Of a stretch of DNA of 64,000 nt, positions 1-9,885 are shown piece after piece. Each line of letters begins with the position of its first letter. Within the stretch, counting starts at the first letter, position 1. The translations under genes and the position numbers were made by a program. The stretch spans positions 9,566-73,565 of the forward strand of contig CAAGSA010000071.1 of the NCBI GenBank assembly GCA_900772835.1, given 5' to 3'. The notes below the pieces were generated by a model that worked only from the letters and a program-made list of their open reading frames with translations, did no database searches and was not told the origin of the DNA. This DNA is from an uncultured Prevotella sp. (GTDB lineage: Bacteria; Bacteroidota; Bacteroidia; Bacteroidales; Bacteroidaceae).

Positions 1-750
1 AATGTGAACAGCTACGGCCTTTCGCCATCCGGCAAACGCGAGGAGGGCAAAGTGTCGTTCGCCGAACTGCTACGCCTGGTGGCACACGAAGCTCCCGGAA
101 TGCGCGTGCGCTTCACCACTTCGAACCCCGAGGACATGAGCGAAGACATACTGCACGCCATTGCCGACGAGCCCAACATCTGCCGCCATATCCATTTCCC
201 GGCGCAGAGCGGAAGCAACAAGATTCTGAAGCTGATGAACCGCAAGTACACACGCGAGGAATACCTCGAAAAGATTGACGCCATACGCCGCATAATCCCC
301 GGCTGCGGAATAACCACCGACATCTTCGTGGGCTACCACGACGAGACGGAGGAAGACCAGCAGCAGACTCTCTCGCTCGTACGCGAGGTGGGATTCGACT
401 CTGCCTTCATGTTCAAGTATTCTGAACGTCCCGGCACATACGCCTCGAAGCACCTGCCCGACAACGTTTCAGAGGAAATAAAGATACAGCGGCTAAACGA
501 GCTAATCAAGCTCCAGACCGAAGTGAGTGCCGAACAGAACAAGAAAGACGAGGGCAAGGAGTTCGACGTCCTCGTGGAAGGCTACAGCAAACGCAGCCGC
601 CAGCAGCTTATGGGCAGGACGGAACAGAACAAGGCTGTGGTGTTCGACAAGGGCAACCACCACATCGGTGAAACCGTCAGGGTAAGGATTACCGGCAGTA
701 CGAGTGCCACACTGCTGGGAAGCCCCGTCCACGACACAACCGCCGAATAG
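1..750 (+). CDS. miaB: tRNA-2-methylthio-N6-dimethylallyladenosine synthase MiaB, 5'-truncated by window edge
   Basis: Radical-SAM methylthiotransferase C-terminal motifs (RVRFTTSNP, HFPAQSGS, TTDIFVG, FKYSERPGT) followed by a TRAM domain. Confidence 0.92.
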   Translation, partial: NVNSYGLSPSGKREEGKVSFAELLRLVAHEAPGMRVRFTTSNPEDMSEDILHAIADEPNICRHIHFPAQSGSNKILKLMNRKYTREEYLEKIDAIRRIIPGCGITTDIFVGYHDETEEDQQQTLSLVREVGFDSAFMFKYSERPGTYASKHLPDNVSEEIKIQRLNELIKLQTEVSAEQNKKDEGKEFDVLVEGYSKRSRQQLMGRTEQNKAVVFDKGNHHIGETVRVRITGSTSATLLGSPVHDTTAE

Positions 751-877
751 GACTCACAGGAGTGGCGCACCATGATGCCGAACGCAAAACTAAGCGCCAC
801 TCATACTGATGCCCCAACATTGCCTCGCAACACCTGCTCAATAACGGAACAGAAACAAAAGAAGCATTTTAAAAAGG

Positions 878-2704
878 ATGAAAGAATTTTTCCAGATACT
901 GCGCCGCTTCGTGCCGCCATACAAGAAATACCTCGTGCTGACAGTAGTGTTCAACATTCTGTCGGCGGTGCTAAACATATTCTCGTTTGCAGCGATAATA
1001 CCCATCCTGCAGATTATTTTCAAGACGGAGAAGGCGGTGACAGCAACGACACTGATGCCCTGGGACTGGGACAACATGAAGGAAGTGGCAGCGAACAACA
1101 TAAACTACTACGTGAACTCGCTCATCGGCGACATCGGCCCCACCACCACACTACTCGTGCTCGGCCTCTTCCTCGCCGTGATGACGTTCCTCAAGACGGC
1201 GGCATACTTCTTCTCCTCGGCAACGGTGATACCCATACGCACAGGTATAGTGCGCGACATACGCAACCAGCTGTACCGCAAGATTACGTCACTGCCACTC
1301 GGATTCTTCTCCGAGGAGCGCAAGGGCGACATCATTGCCCGCATGAGCGGCGACGTGCAGGAAATTGAAAGCTCCATAATGAGCTCGCTCGACATGCTGT
1401 TCAAGAACCCCGTGCTCATCATCGCCTATTTCGCCACACTGCTCTTCATCAGCTGGCAGCTCACACTATTCACCATTCTCTTCGTGCCCATCATGGGATG
1501 GCTTATGGGCAAGGTGGGCAGAAAGCTCAAGCGCAAGTCGAAGGAGGCACAGGCTCTGTGGAGCGACACCATGAGCCAGGTGGAAGAGACACTCGGCGGA
1601 CTGCGTATCATCAAGGCTTTCTGTGCCGAAAAGAAGATGAACGACAGGTTCGACCGGATAAACACCGACTACCGCAACCAGATTCTGCGCGTGAACACCC
1701 GGCAGCAGATGGCACACCCCATGAGCGAATTCCTCGGCACGGTGATGATAATCATCGTACTGTGGTTCGGCGGAATACTGGTGCTCAACCAGCACGTGCT
1801 CTCCGGACCTACGTTCATCTATTATCTCGTCATCCTATACAGCATCATCAACCCTCTGAAGGATTTCTCCAAGGCAGGCTACAACATACCCAAGGGACTG
1901 GCATCGATGGAGCGCGTTGACAAGATTCTGCTTGCCGAGAGCAACATCAAGGAGAAAGATGACCCACTCCACATTGACAGCTTTGAACACACCATAGAGT
2001 TCCGCCACGTGTCGTTCCGCTACGGCGAGCAGTGGGTGCTGCGCGACATCAACCTGACGATAGAGAAAGGCAGGACGATAGCACTGGTAGGGCAGAGCGG
2101 AGGCGGAAAATCCACGATGGTAGACCTCATTCCGCGCTACTACGACGTGCAGGAAGGCGAGGTGCTCATCGACGGCATCAACGTGAAGGACCTCGACATT
2201 CACGACCTGCGCCAGCTCATCGGCAACGTGAACCAGGAGGCTATCCTCTTCAACGACACATTCTTCAACAACATATCATTCGGCGTGGAGAACGCCACAC
2301 TGCAGCAAGTGGAGGAGGCGGCACGCATTGCCAACGCCCACGACTTCATCTCTGCATCGGAAAACGGCTACGACACCAACATCGGCGACCGTGGCGGCAG
2401 ACTCTCGGGCGGCCAGCGGCAGCGCGTGAGCATTGCGCGCGCCATTCTCAAGAATCCGCCCATACTAATCCTCGACGAGGCTACGTCGGCACTCGACACC
2501 GAGAGCGAACGACTGGTGCAGGACGCTCTGGAACGACTGATGAAGACACGCACCACGGTGGCGATAGCACACCGCCTCTCCACCATCAAGAACGCCGACG
2601 AGATATGCGTGCTACACGAGGGAAGAATAGTGGAGCGCGGCACACACGAGGAACTCATCGAGAAGGACGGCTACTACAAGAAGCTGCACGACATGCAATC
2701 ATAA
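878..2704 (+). CDS. ABC exporter, fused permease/ATPase (MsbA-like, probable lipid A flippase)
   Basis: Hydrophobic N-terminal half, Walker A GQSGGGKS, LSGGQ signature, ILILDEATSALD; next to a lipid A acyltransferase gene. Confidence 0.88.
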   Translation: MKEFFQILRRFVPPYKKYLVLTVVFNILSAVLNIFSFAAIIPILQIIFKTEKAVTATTLMPWDWDNMKEVAANNINYYVNSLIGDIGPTTTLLVLGLFLAVMTFLKTAAYFFSSATVIPIRTGIVRDIRNQLYRKITSLPLGFFSEERKGDIIARMSGDVQEIESSIMSSLDMLFKNPVLIIAYFATLLFISWQLTLFTILFVPIMGWLMGKVGRKLKRKSKEAQALWSDTMSQVEETLGGLRIIKAFCAEKKMNDRFDRINTDYRNQILRVNTRQQMAHPMSEFLGTVMIIIVLWFGGILVLNQHVLSGPTFIYYLVILYSIINPLKDFSKAGYNIPKGLASMERVDKILLAESNIKEKDDPLHIDSFEHTIEFRHVSFRYGEQWVLRDINLTIEKGRTIALVGQSGGGKSTMVDLIPRYYDVQEGEVLIDGINVKDLDIHDLRQLIGNVNQEAILFNDTFFNNISFGVENATLQQVEEAARIANAHDFISASENGYDTNIGDRGGRLSGGQRQRVSIARAILKNPPILILDEATSALDTESERLVQDALERLMKTRTTVAIAHRLSTIKNADEICVLHEGRIVERGTHEELIEKDGYYKKLHDMQS

Positions 2705-2716
2705 CAACAACCATAT

Positions 2717-3637
2717 ATGACATACAAAATCGTTTACGCACTGTTCTACGCCATATCACTGCTGCCATTCGGCGTGCTCTACCTGCTCAGCGACGCGGGT
2801 TTCCTGCTGATGTACCACATCGTGAGATACCGGCGCGGAATAGTGCGCCGCAACCTCACCACGTCGTTCCCCGAAAAGAGCGAGCAGGAGATAAAGCGGA
2901 TAGAGAGGAAATTCTACCGCTGGTTCTGCGACTACTTCCTCGAAGCCGTGAAGCTGCTGTCGATAAGCGAGAAGGAGCTGCGCCGGCGCTTCAAAGTGAA
3001 CAACAGCGAACAGGTGGAGCAATGCTTCCGCGAAGGACAGAACGTGGCGGCGATACTCGGCCACTACTGCAACTGGGAATGGCTGTCGTGCGTGGGAATA
3101 GAACTGCCCAAGAACAGGATAATGGGACTTATCTACCACCCCCTGCGCAACAAGACCTTCGACGAACTCTTCAAGCGCATACGCTCCCACGAGGAGAACG
3201 GCGTGACGGTGCCGAAGAAGGACATACTGCGCTATCTCATCGACTACCGCCGCAAGGGCATCATGAACATCTTCGGCTACATCAGCGACCAGGGACCCAA
3301 GTGGCAGAACATCCATCTGTGGCTGCCGTTCCTCAACCATCCCGAGACACCAGTATTCACCGGCGGCGAAAGAATCATGCGCAAGATGAACAATGCCGTG
3401 TTCTACGTGGAGATGACGCGCCCGCGCCGAGGCTTCTACACTGCCACCTACAGGCTCATAACACGCGAGCCCGGCTCGCTGCCCGAGAACGAAATCACTC
3501 GCCGCTTCTTCCGCATGCTCGAAGAAACGATAAGGAAGGAACCAGCCTACTACCTCTGGAGCCACAACCGATGGAAGCGCACGAAGCAGGAATACGACCG
3601 CCGCTTTGCCGGACAGAACGCCAAGCAGGGCAGCTGA
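2717..3637 (+). CDS. Lipid A biosynthesis acyltransferase (LpxL/HtrB family)
   Basis: N-terminal TM segment, GHYCNWE (H-x4-E) motif, SDQ motif, C-terminal PAYYLWSHNRWK. Confidence 0.88.
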   Translation: MTYKIVYALFYAISLLPFGVLYLLSDAGFLLMYHIVRYRRGIVRRNLTTSFPEKSEQEIKRIERKFYRWFCDYFLEAVKLLSISEKELRRRFKVNNSEQVEQCFREGQNVAAILGHYCNWEWLSCVGIELPKNRIMGLIYHPLRNKTFDELFKRIRSHEENGVTVPKKDILRYLIDYRRKGIMNIFGYISDQGPKWQNIHLWLPFLNHPETPVFTGGERIMRKMNNAVFYVEMTRPRRGFYTATYRLITREPGSLPENEITRRFFRMLEETIRKEPAYYLWSHNRWKRTKQEYDRRFAGQNAKQGS

Positions 3638-3719
3638 CGGCAAGCGTCCTCACACATACGCGTATATATAATGTGGGAGAACTGCCGCAAACGCATCCCA
3701 CCCAACCCATACAGCAGAA

Positions 3720-4541
3720 ATGAAAATAGAGATAAACCCAAGCTACTGCACCGACGGCGGCTACACGAGAAGCTGCATAGCCGCAATACCGAAGAACTTC
3801 GAGAAGGAAGGAACAGTGATATTCTCCGGAAGGAACATGATAAAGAAGTTCAAGTTCCGCTCCGCCGACGGCTGCAGTTCGCAGAACATCATAGTGAAGC
3901 GCTACAAGCGCCCCAATTTCTTCCAGAAGATAGCCTATTCGTTCTTCTGCAAGACAAAGGCACAGAAGGCATACAGCAACGGTCTGGAGCTGCTGAAGCG
4001 CGGCTTTGCCACGCCAGAGAGCATAGCATACATCGAGGTGCGCCGCCTGGGTCTCATAGACTACTGCTACTACATCTGCGGCGAGGACTACGACCATCCC
4101 ATCACCGAGCGCATGAACACGCCCGAGAAGTTCGACACCGTGATGTCGGCTGAATTCGCCCATTTCGTTGCCGACCTCCAGAAGAAGGGCATACTGCACC
4201 ACGACCTCAACTCCACCAACGTGCTTTTCCACCTGCGCACCGCCGACGAGAACCCCTCCGGTGGCAAGTACGCCTTCTCGCTCATCGACAACAACCGCAT
4301 GAAGTTCCTGCCCGAAGACACGCTGCCCCCTGCCGCGGAGTGTATGGAGAACATCACCCGGTTCACCGGCAGGAAGGATCTCTTCTGTTTCGTGGGAGAG
4401 GAATACTGCCGCTATCTCGGCTGTCCCGACATCTCCATGGAAAAGCTGCTTACCCAGAAGCGCCGCCACGACAGGCGCCGCACAATACGCAAAGCCATCC
4501 TCCACCTCCGCTTCAGGGACTTGCTCAAGCTTATGGACTAA
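3720..4541 (+). CDS. LPS kinase family protein (Kdo/WaaP/InaA-like)
   Basis: IIVKRY lysine, HHDLNSTNVLF catalytic loop and LIDNNR metal-binding motif; LPS gene context. Confidence 0.75.
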   Translation: MKIEINPSYCTDGGYTRSCIAAIPKNFEKEGTVIFSGRNMIKKFKFRSADGCSSQNIIVKRYKRPNFFQKIAYSFFCKTKAQKAYSNGLELLKRGFATPESIAYIEVRRLGLIDYCYYICGEDYDHPITERMNTPEKFDTVMSAEFAHFVADLQKKGILHHDLNSTNVLFHLRTADENPSGGKYAFSLIDNNRMKFLPEDTLPPAAECMENITRFTGRKDLFCFVGEEYCRYLGCPDISMEKLLTQKRRHDRRRTIRKAILHLRFRDLLKLMD

Positions 4542-4546
4542 CCCCC

Positions 4547-4592
4547 TACAACACCTACCAAACCTACATCCCCTACCAACCCTACAACACCC
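4547..4592. repeat. 9-nt period tandem repeat (CCTACNNNN x5)
   Basis: cctacaaca cctaccaaa cctacatcc cctaccaac cctacaaca. Confidence 0.75.
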
Positions 4593-4604
4593 CCTCAAAA
4601 ACCC

Positions 4605-4643
4605 CAATATCCCCAACCGGCATCACACCGGTTGGGGATATTG
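4605..4643. terminator. Hairpin between convergent operons, probable terminator
   Basis: Perfect 16-bp stem caatatccccaaccgg/ccggttggggatattg, 7-nt loop; weak U-tracts. Confidence 0.65.
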
Positions 4644-4673
4644 CTTTATTCCCGGAGCCATCCGCTCCATCCT

Positions 4674-5516
4674 TTATTTCTCAATTTTTTTCATATACTC
4701 CCTGTATGGCAAGTGCATGTCGAGCACCCGGAAGTTCTGCGGCGGAATCTCCTTGGGCAGTTCCATATAGTTCCCGTAGCAGTAGGAGAGATAGGCGTGC
4801 GGGTCCTGCACCCCCATCAGCTTGTGTCCCTCAAAGTCTATGGGAGTCGGCTTGCCGTACACCTCCTTGGGCAGGATGCCGCGGCTTGGGTCATTGTCGT
4901 GATCGGCAACGAGCGGCGACGCGTCGTAGTCGAACTCCATCTGAATCTTGTTCAGATTCTTGTGCGCCTTGAACTGCGACACCATCCTGTGCATCAGCTT
5001 GGTGAACACGTAGTGCAGCCCGTAGCCATGCTTCATGGGGTCCACAGTGGAGAAGTAGAGCAACTTCTTCCCCCAGCGGTAGCGCTTGTAGTGCTTGCGC
5101 TGCAATGCCTTGTCGGGCGTCATGCCGTCGAGCGGGAACACATCCACGGGTATTCCTCCCACGAAATCGAACTGGCGGCGCAGTATGTATGTCGTCTCCT
5201 TGTCCTGTATCCTGGCGAACTGGTACGGATACATGGGGTTCTGCAGTCCGCTCACCAGTTCGTATCTCTCCGGCAGCCATTCGTTTGCGTGCTCCACGAG
5301 AATGTTGTAGTCTTTTCTTGGCAGAGCCACGTCGGCATCGTCGTCCCATGGCACGAATCCCTTGTGCCGCACAGCTCCCAGCATGGTTCCGGCGATGAGA
5401 TAGTAGTCGAGGTTGTGCTCTCTGCACACCTTGTCGATGGCGAGCAGTATGTCGAGTATATACTTCTGCATTTCCCTCGTTGTCTCGTCGCTTATTCTTT
5501 TTTTCTTGTCTGTCAT
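4674..5516 (-). CDS. LicD family phosphotransferase
   Basis: GTMLGAVRHKGFVPWDDDADV, DVFPLD and YLxxxYGNYM motifs. Confidence 0.9.
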   Translation of the reverse strand: MTDKKKRISDETTREMQKYILDILLAIDKVCREHNLDYYLIAGTMLGAVRHKGFVPWDDDADVALPRKDYNILVEHANEWLPERYELVSGLQNPMYPYQFARIQDKETTYILRRQFDFVGGIPVDVFPLDGMTPDKALQRKHYKRYRWGKKLLYFSTVDPMKHGYGLHYVFTKLMHRMVSQFKAHKNLNKIQMEFDYDASPLVADHDNDPSRGILPKEVYGKPTPIDFEGHKLMGVQDPHAYLSYCYGNYMELPKEIPPQNFRVLDMHLPYREYMKKIEK

Positions 5517-5633
5517 CTGTCTTTCTTTCCTTTAACTTGACTTGATGTCGGTATTCTTTTATAGTTATCAAACAAAATCAGTGTCGTTTCATTGCATCGC
5601 CGTGGCAGAGAAATGCGCCCGGCGCGGTGTTTT

Positions 5634-6980
5634 TCAGATGAGTGTGAGGTCGCGTCCCTCGTTGAAGTCGGATATCATGCCCACTATGGCCTCTGATATG
5701 TCGTCGGACACGTATGAGAAGTCGCGCCCCGTGTTTATCGCCTTCAGGAAGGAGAGCAGCTCGTAGCGCAGTCCTTCTCCGTCGAGTTGGTAGAAGTATC
5801 GCTTGTTGTTCTGCGGGTTTTCGTATCTCACTTCGAAGTAGTCGGTCTTCCACCACGGTGCCGGCACGTAGATGTATCCCTTTGTCCCCGACACCACGAG
5901 TTCTCCTTCCGACTTCACTCCCTGTCCCACTTTCAGCGATGCCACTGCGTTTGGATATATGAATGATATCTTCGTGAACGCGTCGTACTTCCGCTCCTTG
6001 TCGAGGAAGTGTGTGGTTATCTGCTTCTGCTTGCATTCCGTGCCGAGCAGCTGGAAGATGGGGAGCATTGTTGTCGGTCCCCAGGCGCAGATGCTGTTCC
6101 ATTCGTAGAGGCTCTCGTGCAGGTCCTGCGTGGGGTCGAAGTCCACGAGGCTGGTACATGTGGCGTCCACTGATATCACTTCGCCTATGATGCCGCTCTT
6201 TGCGAGCAGCTGCAGCCGGCTGTATGCCATGGAGTAGGCTGTCTTTATTGAGTCCATGAGCACGAGTTTCTTCTCCCTTGCCATGCTGCGCAGCTCCTTC
6301 CACTGGTCCACGGTCATTGCCATCGGCGATTCGCACAGCACGTGCTTGCCGCGTTCGAGCGCGCGTTTTATCTGTCCGTAGTGCTTTTCGGGTGCTGATA
6401 TGATGTAGAGTGCGTCGCTGTGTTCGAGCAGTGTCTCGAACGAATCCACGTGCCTCTGCTTGTCCTTCAGCGACTTCTGCAGATAGCGGTCGTTCAGTGT
6501 GAACACCTTGTCCACGTCCATTCCGTTCACGTATTTCGCCTCGTTCTCTATCTTGTCCAGTATGGGCGACTCGCCCACGAGCCCGAGCCTCACCTGCTGT
6601 TTCTCGGATCTTATCTCCGTGCTCGACACTCCGGTCGTGCGGTCGAGGTAGACCACGCGGCAGTAGTCTTCCAGATAGTCGAACTTTCCGCGCCAGTCGG
6701 AGCCAACGGTGAAGATGTCCACGTCGTATCGCCGTATGTCGTCGATTTTCTGTCCCACGTATTCCTCTATCACTATCTTGTCGGCAAGCCCCGTGGCGCG
6801 CACTGCCTCCACTCGCTCCATGAGCGACTGCTGCACGTTTATCTTTCCGCGTTCGCGGTCGAAGGTGTCGGATGTCACCCCCACTATGAGGTAGTCGCCG
6901 AGTGCCTTGGCGCGTTCCAGCAGACGTATGTGCCCGTAGTGCAACAGGTCGTACGTGCCGTATGTTATGACTTTCACCAT
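5634..6980 (-). CDS. Fusion of TagD-like cytidylyltransferase and Gfo/Idh/MocA-like oxidoreductase
   Basis: TYGTYDLLHYGH (HxGH) and RTTGVSST in the first ~125 aa; then ALERGKHVLCESP oxidoreductase-type region. Confidence 0.82.
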   Translation of the reverse strand: MVKVITYGTYDLLHYGHIRLLERAKALGDYLIVGVTSDTFDRERGKINVQQSLMERVEAVRATGLADKIVIEEYVGQKIDDIRRYDVDIFTVGSDWRGKFDYLEDYCRVVYLDRTTGVSSTEIRSEKQQVRLGLVGESPILDKIENEAKYVNGMDVDKVFTLNDRYLQKSLKDKQRHVDSFETLLEHSDALYIISAPEKHYGQIKRALERGKHVLCESPMAMTVDQWKELRSMAREKKLVLMDSIKTAYSMAYSRLQLLAKSGIIGEVISVDATCTSLVDFDPTQDLHESLYEWNSICAWGPTTMLPIFQLLGTECKQKQITTHFLDKERKYDAFTKISFIYPNAVASLKVGQGVKSEGELVVSGTKGYIYVPAPWWKTDYFEVRYENPQNNKRYFYQLDGEGLRYELLSFLKAINTGRDFSYVSDDISEAIVGMISDFNEGRDLTLI

Positions 6981-7046
6981 ATTCTTTTCAGTATGCCAGT
7001 TGATATTCTTTTTCTGTCAGTCAGATTCTTCTCTCTTTCCCTGTCT

Positions 7047-8129
7047 CTACAGCATTCCCTTCTGCTGCAGGTCCTTCAGCGCGTCGACGAGTGTCGTGTT
7101 GTCGGCGGCGCTCAGATGGCCCAGATGGCCCACCCGGAACACTTTCTCCGCCATGTCGCCTCCGTTGGGACATATCCAGATGCCGTATTCGTCTTTCAGC
7201 TTGAGGAATATCTCGTATGCCGAGCCGTTGAGCGGATGCAGCGGTGTGACTGCGTTCGACAGCGACTCCGACACTATCTCCAGCGGCATTCCCTCTATCT
7301 TGCTGCGGAAGTCGGCGGCAAGTTCCGCCATGCGCCTGTTCTCGCTTTCCACTCCTCCTGCGGCTTCTATCTCCTTGAGGCGGGCGTTTATCTGCAGCAG
7401 TATGCCCACTGCGGGCGTGAAGGGTGTCTGTCCTCGCTCGCCGTTCTTCAGCGCGTCCTTCAGATTGAAGTACATGCTCTTCACTTCTCTGCCGTTCACT
7501 CTCTCCACTGCTCCCGGCGCGAGCACGATGACGGATATTCCCGGCGGACAGGCGAGTGCCTTCTGCGAGCCGGTTATCATCACGTCCACACCCAGTGCCT
7601 TCATGTCGAACGGGTCGGCGAGGAAGGAGCTGATGGAGTCCACCACGAGGAATATCCCGTTGCGGCGGCAGAAGCTGCTTATCATCTGTATGTCGTAGAG
7701 CACACCCGTGGATGTCTCGTCCAGATTCACGAGGAATCCGGTGTATCCCTGCCCTTCGAAGGGCTTGAGGTGGTCGGCTGTCAGTGCGCGCCCCATGCCG
7801 AGCTTTATCTCTGTGTGCGGTATGCCGTGTATCTCGCATAGCTGCACGAAGCGGTGGCCGAAGCTTCCGCCGTTCACCACGAGCACTTTGTCTTCCGGCG
7901 TAAACACGTTCATCACCACTGCCTCCATCGATGCCGTTCCGGAGCCTGTGATGAACACCACTCTGGCTTCATCCTCTGCCTTTGCGAATTTCTTTATCAG
8001 CCGCTCGTTCTCGAACATCGTCTCGGAGAACTCTGCCGTTCTGAAGTACGGCACCTGCCCGGCGCCTATTGCCCTCACCTGGTCGCTTGCCATCACGGGG
8101 CCTACTGTAAAATTGAGCATATCCTTCAT
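7047..8129 (-). CDS. PLP-dependent class V aminotransferase (serine-pyruvate/AEP transaminase-like)
   Basis: LNFTVGP, GSGT, VDSISS, GSQKAL (PLP lysine), FRVGHLG. Confidence 0.88.
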   Translation of the reverse strand: MKDMLNFTVGPVMASDQVRAIGAGQVPYFRTAEFSETMFENERLIKKFAKAEDEARVVFITGSGTASMEAVVMNVFTPEDKVLVVNGGSFGHRFVQLCEIHGIPHTEIKLGMGRALTADHLKPFEGQGYTGFLVNLDETSTGVLYDIQMISSFCRRNGIFLVVDSISSFLADPFDMKALGVDVMITGSQKALACPPGISVIVLAPGAVERVNGREVKSMYFNLKDALKNGERGQTPFTPAVGILLQINARLKEIEAAGGVESENRRMAELAADFRSKIEGMPLEIVSESLSNAVTPLHPLNGSAYEIFLKLKDEYGIWICPNGGDMAEKVFRVGHLGHLSAADNTTLVDALKDLQQKGML

Positions 8130-8221
8130 TTTTCTTTTTCCTTTCTTGCTTTTTTGTTTGAATGGTCTTTAGCCTCCTGCCGCGGCGCCGCCTGTGCTGC
8201 GGCAGCCGTGTGGCGTGGCGT

Positions 8222-9280
8222 TCAGCTCCGCTTTATCCTGCCGAAGGTCTTCACGCTGGTATACTTCCGCCAGAGGTTGAGCCTGCGCTCGCGCGGCACT
8301 CCGTGGCGGCGTATGTAGTCCTGCGCCGCGTCGAGCATGCGCCGGCACACGTTCCCGTCCAGGTAGGGGTCGTAGTTGTCCACCACCCACTGCCGCTTTT
8401 CGGCTGCCGCGGGGTCGGAGAGTGCGTGGTCGAATGCCGGTATAAGCTGCGATGGGGTGGTGATGTTCTCCCAGTAGATGTCTTTCGATATGGTGCCGAG
8501 CGTCACCACGGGGCGCGAGAGGAGCAGGAACTCGTAGATTGTCGACGAGGTGTCGCTCACGAGCACGTCGCTCATGAGCTGCCATTTGGTCACGTTCTCT
8601 CCCTTGTCAACAAACATCACATCGGGGCGCGTCTCTGCCCACTGGCGGTATTCGTCCACCCACTCCTGCTGCGTGAGCGGATGGAACTTCATCACGACCA
8701 GCGCGTCACGCTCCCGGGCGAGCCTGCCCAGCTCTTCCTTGATATAGGGGAGGGATGTCAGCTTCGGCGAGAAAGTGGGGGCGTAGAGCACTATGCGGCT
8801 CTTGCCCGTGGCGTCGAGCAGCCTGCGGCGCTCGTCGTCGTAGTCGTGCAGGTGCTGCTTTATCCAGTCCTGCTTGGGCCATCCGGTCTCCACCACTTCG
8901 AAGTCACCGTATTTCCGCGCGAGCTGCCTGAAGTGCGAGGTGAAGTAGGGGCCCTGCGTGAAGTATGTGTCGAAGTAGCGGCGTATCACCCAATGGTCTT
9001 TCTTTTCGGCGGCATAGCCGTGGAACACCTGTATCTTCACTCCCGGCAGATAGTAGGGCACTATGTTTCCGGGCACGAAGATAGCTTCCGGGTTGAAGTC
9101 GTACACCTCCTGTATGGAATCTGTCCATCTCACCGTCCGGGCATACTCGAAGCTGCCTATCTTGGGTGTGTGTACATACCACAGCACGTCGTGCGGCAGC
9201 TTGCCGCTTTCCACGTATACCTGTATGGGATTAAGTATGTCAATGGCATACTTATTCTCACAGAACAAGACTATTCTCAT
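8222..9280 (-). CDS. CDP-glycerol glycerophosphotransferase (TagB/TagF) family protein
   Basis: QVFHG, TGWPKQD, VLYAPTF, KFHP and SDVLVSDTSS motifs. Confidence 0.8.
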   Translation of the reverse strand: MRIVLFCENKYAIDILNPIQVYVESGKLPHDVLWYVHTPKIGSFEYARTVRWTDSIQEVYDFNPEAIFVPGNIVPYYLPGVKIQVFHGYAAEKKDHWVIRRYFDTYFTQGPYFTSHFRQLARKYGDFEVVETGWPKQDWIKQHLHDYDDERRRLLDATGKSRIVLYAPTFSPKLTSLPYIKEELGRLARERDALVVMKFHPLTQQEWVDEYRQWAETRPDVMFVDKGENVTKWQLMSDVLVSDTSSTIYEFLLLSRPVVTLGTISKDIYWENITTPSQLIPAFDHALSDPAAAEKRQWVVDNYDPYLDGNVCRRMLDAAQDYIRRHGVPRERRLNLWRKYTSVKTFGRIKRS

Positions 9281-9310
9281 TAATTTCTATTTTCCAGTTG
9301 CTTTATGCTG

Positions 9311-9318
9311 CAAAGGTA
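9311..9318 (-). promoter_or_regulatory. Bacteroidetes -7 promoter element of the TagF-like/LicD operon
   Basis: TACCTTTG on the minus strand ~30 nt upstream of the ATG. Confidence 0.7.
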
Positions 9319-9468
9319 CAATAAATATAGAGGAGAGAAAAGGAATTGTAACTGTTTTTTAACTTTGTCAAGTTTTTTGACGCCCATCCGGGCTTTATCC
9401 CCCGTCTCCGCCTGCCGCCAAGCGCAATGGCTCCGCCCTTTCCGTCCAGAACCTGCTCCGGAAGTGCG

Positions 9469-9590
9469 GCGGATGCTCCGGTATTCTATGTTGCGTGGCT
9501 TGGAACGTACGTTGCACGCCTTGGAATGTACGTTCCAAACCACGCAATTTACATTCCAAGCCACGCAATATAGAAATACGGGGCATCCGC
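9469..9590. repeat. ~120-bp palindromic element built from 21-nt units (REP/MITE-like)
   Basis: ~41-bp imperfect inverted arms 9469-9509 and 9550-9590; units start at 9490, 9511, 9532, 9553. Confidence 0.75.
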
Positions 9591-9620
9591 GGCGGATTAA
9601 CGCCACAGCCGGCCGAGTAC

Positions 9621-9708
9621 TGTGCAAACGTTTGGATGAAACGAGAAGAATTTCATCTACCTTCTCTCGAATTGCCAGGGCGAGGAATGTGCAAACGTTT
9701 GGATGAAA
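9621..9708. promoter_or_regulatory. Two identical 21-nt sites containing the palindrome CAAACGTTTG, candidate operators
   Basis: tgtgcaaacgtttggatgaaa at 9621-9641 and 9688-9708. Confidence 0.5.
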
Positions 9709-9797
9709 AACACACGGAAAAACACAAAAAGGAACATAAATTAAATGTAATAGAACATTTTTTCCTTGATTTATGGTAATGTTTTGGAAATTTAAAC

Positions 9798-9805
9798 TAT
9801 ATTTG
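9798..9805 (+). promoter_or_regulatory. -7 promoter element of susC1
   Basis: TATATTTG 80 nt upstream of the ATG in an AT-rich region. Confidence 0.65.
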
Positions 9806-9885
9806 CAAAAGAATTATACAAACTTCATAACAAGTCTGAAAATTACACAAGAGACATAATCTACAAACTAAAAATTAAACCGAAC

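Noticed and set aside
2032..3723. 563-aa alternative-frame ORF (also 41031-42587, 6420-7841, 20765-21823 and similar)
   Set aside because: Arg/His/Gly-rich or antisense shadows of well-supported genes, expected with GC-rich third positions
7047..8129. Phosphonate (AEP) biosynthesis cluster
   Set aside because: No PEP mutase or phosphonopyruvate decarboxylase in the window; cannot be excluded if they are encoded elsewhere
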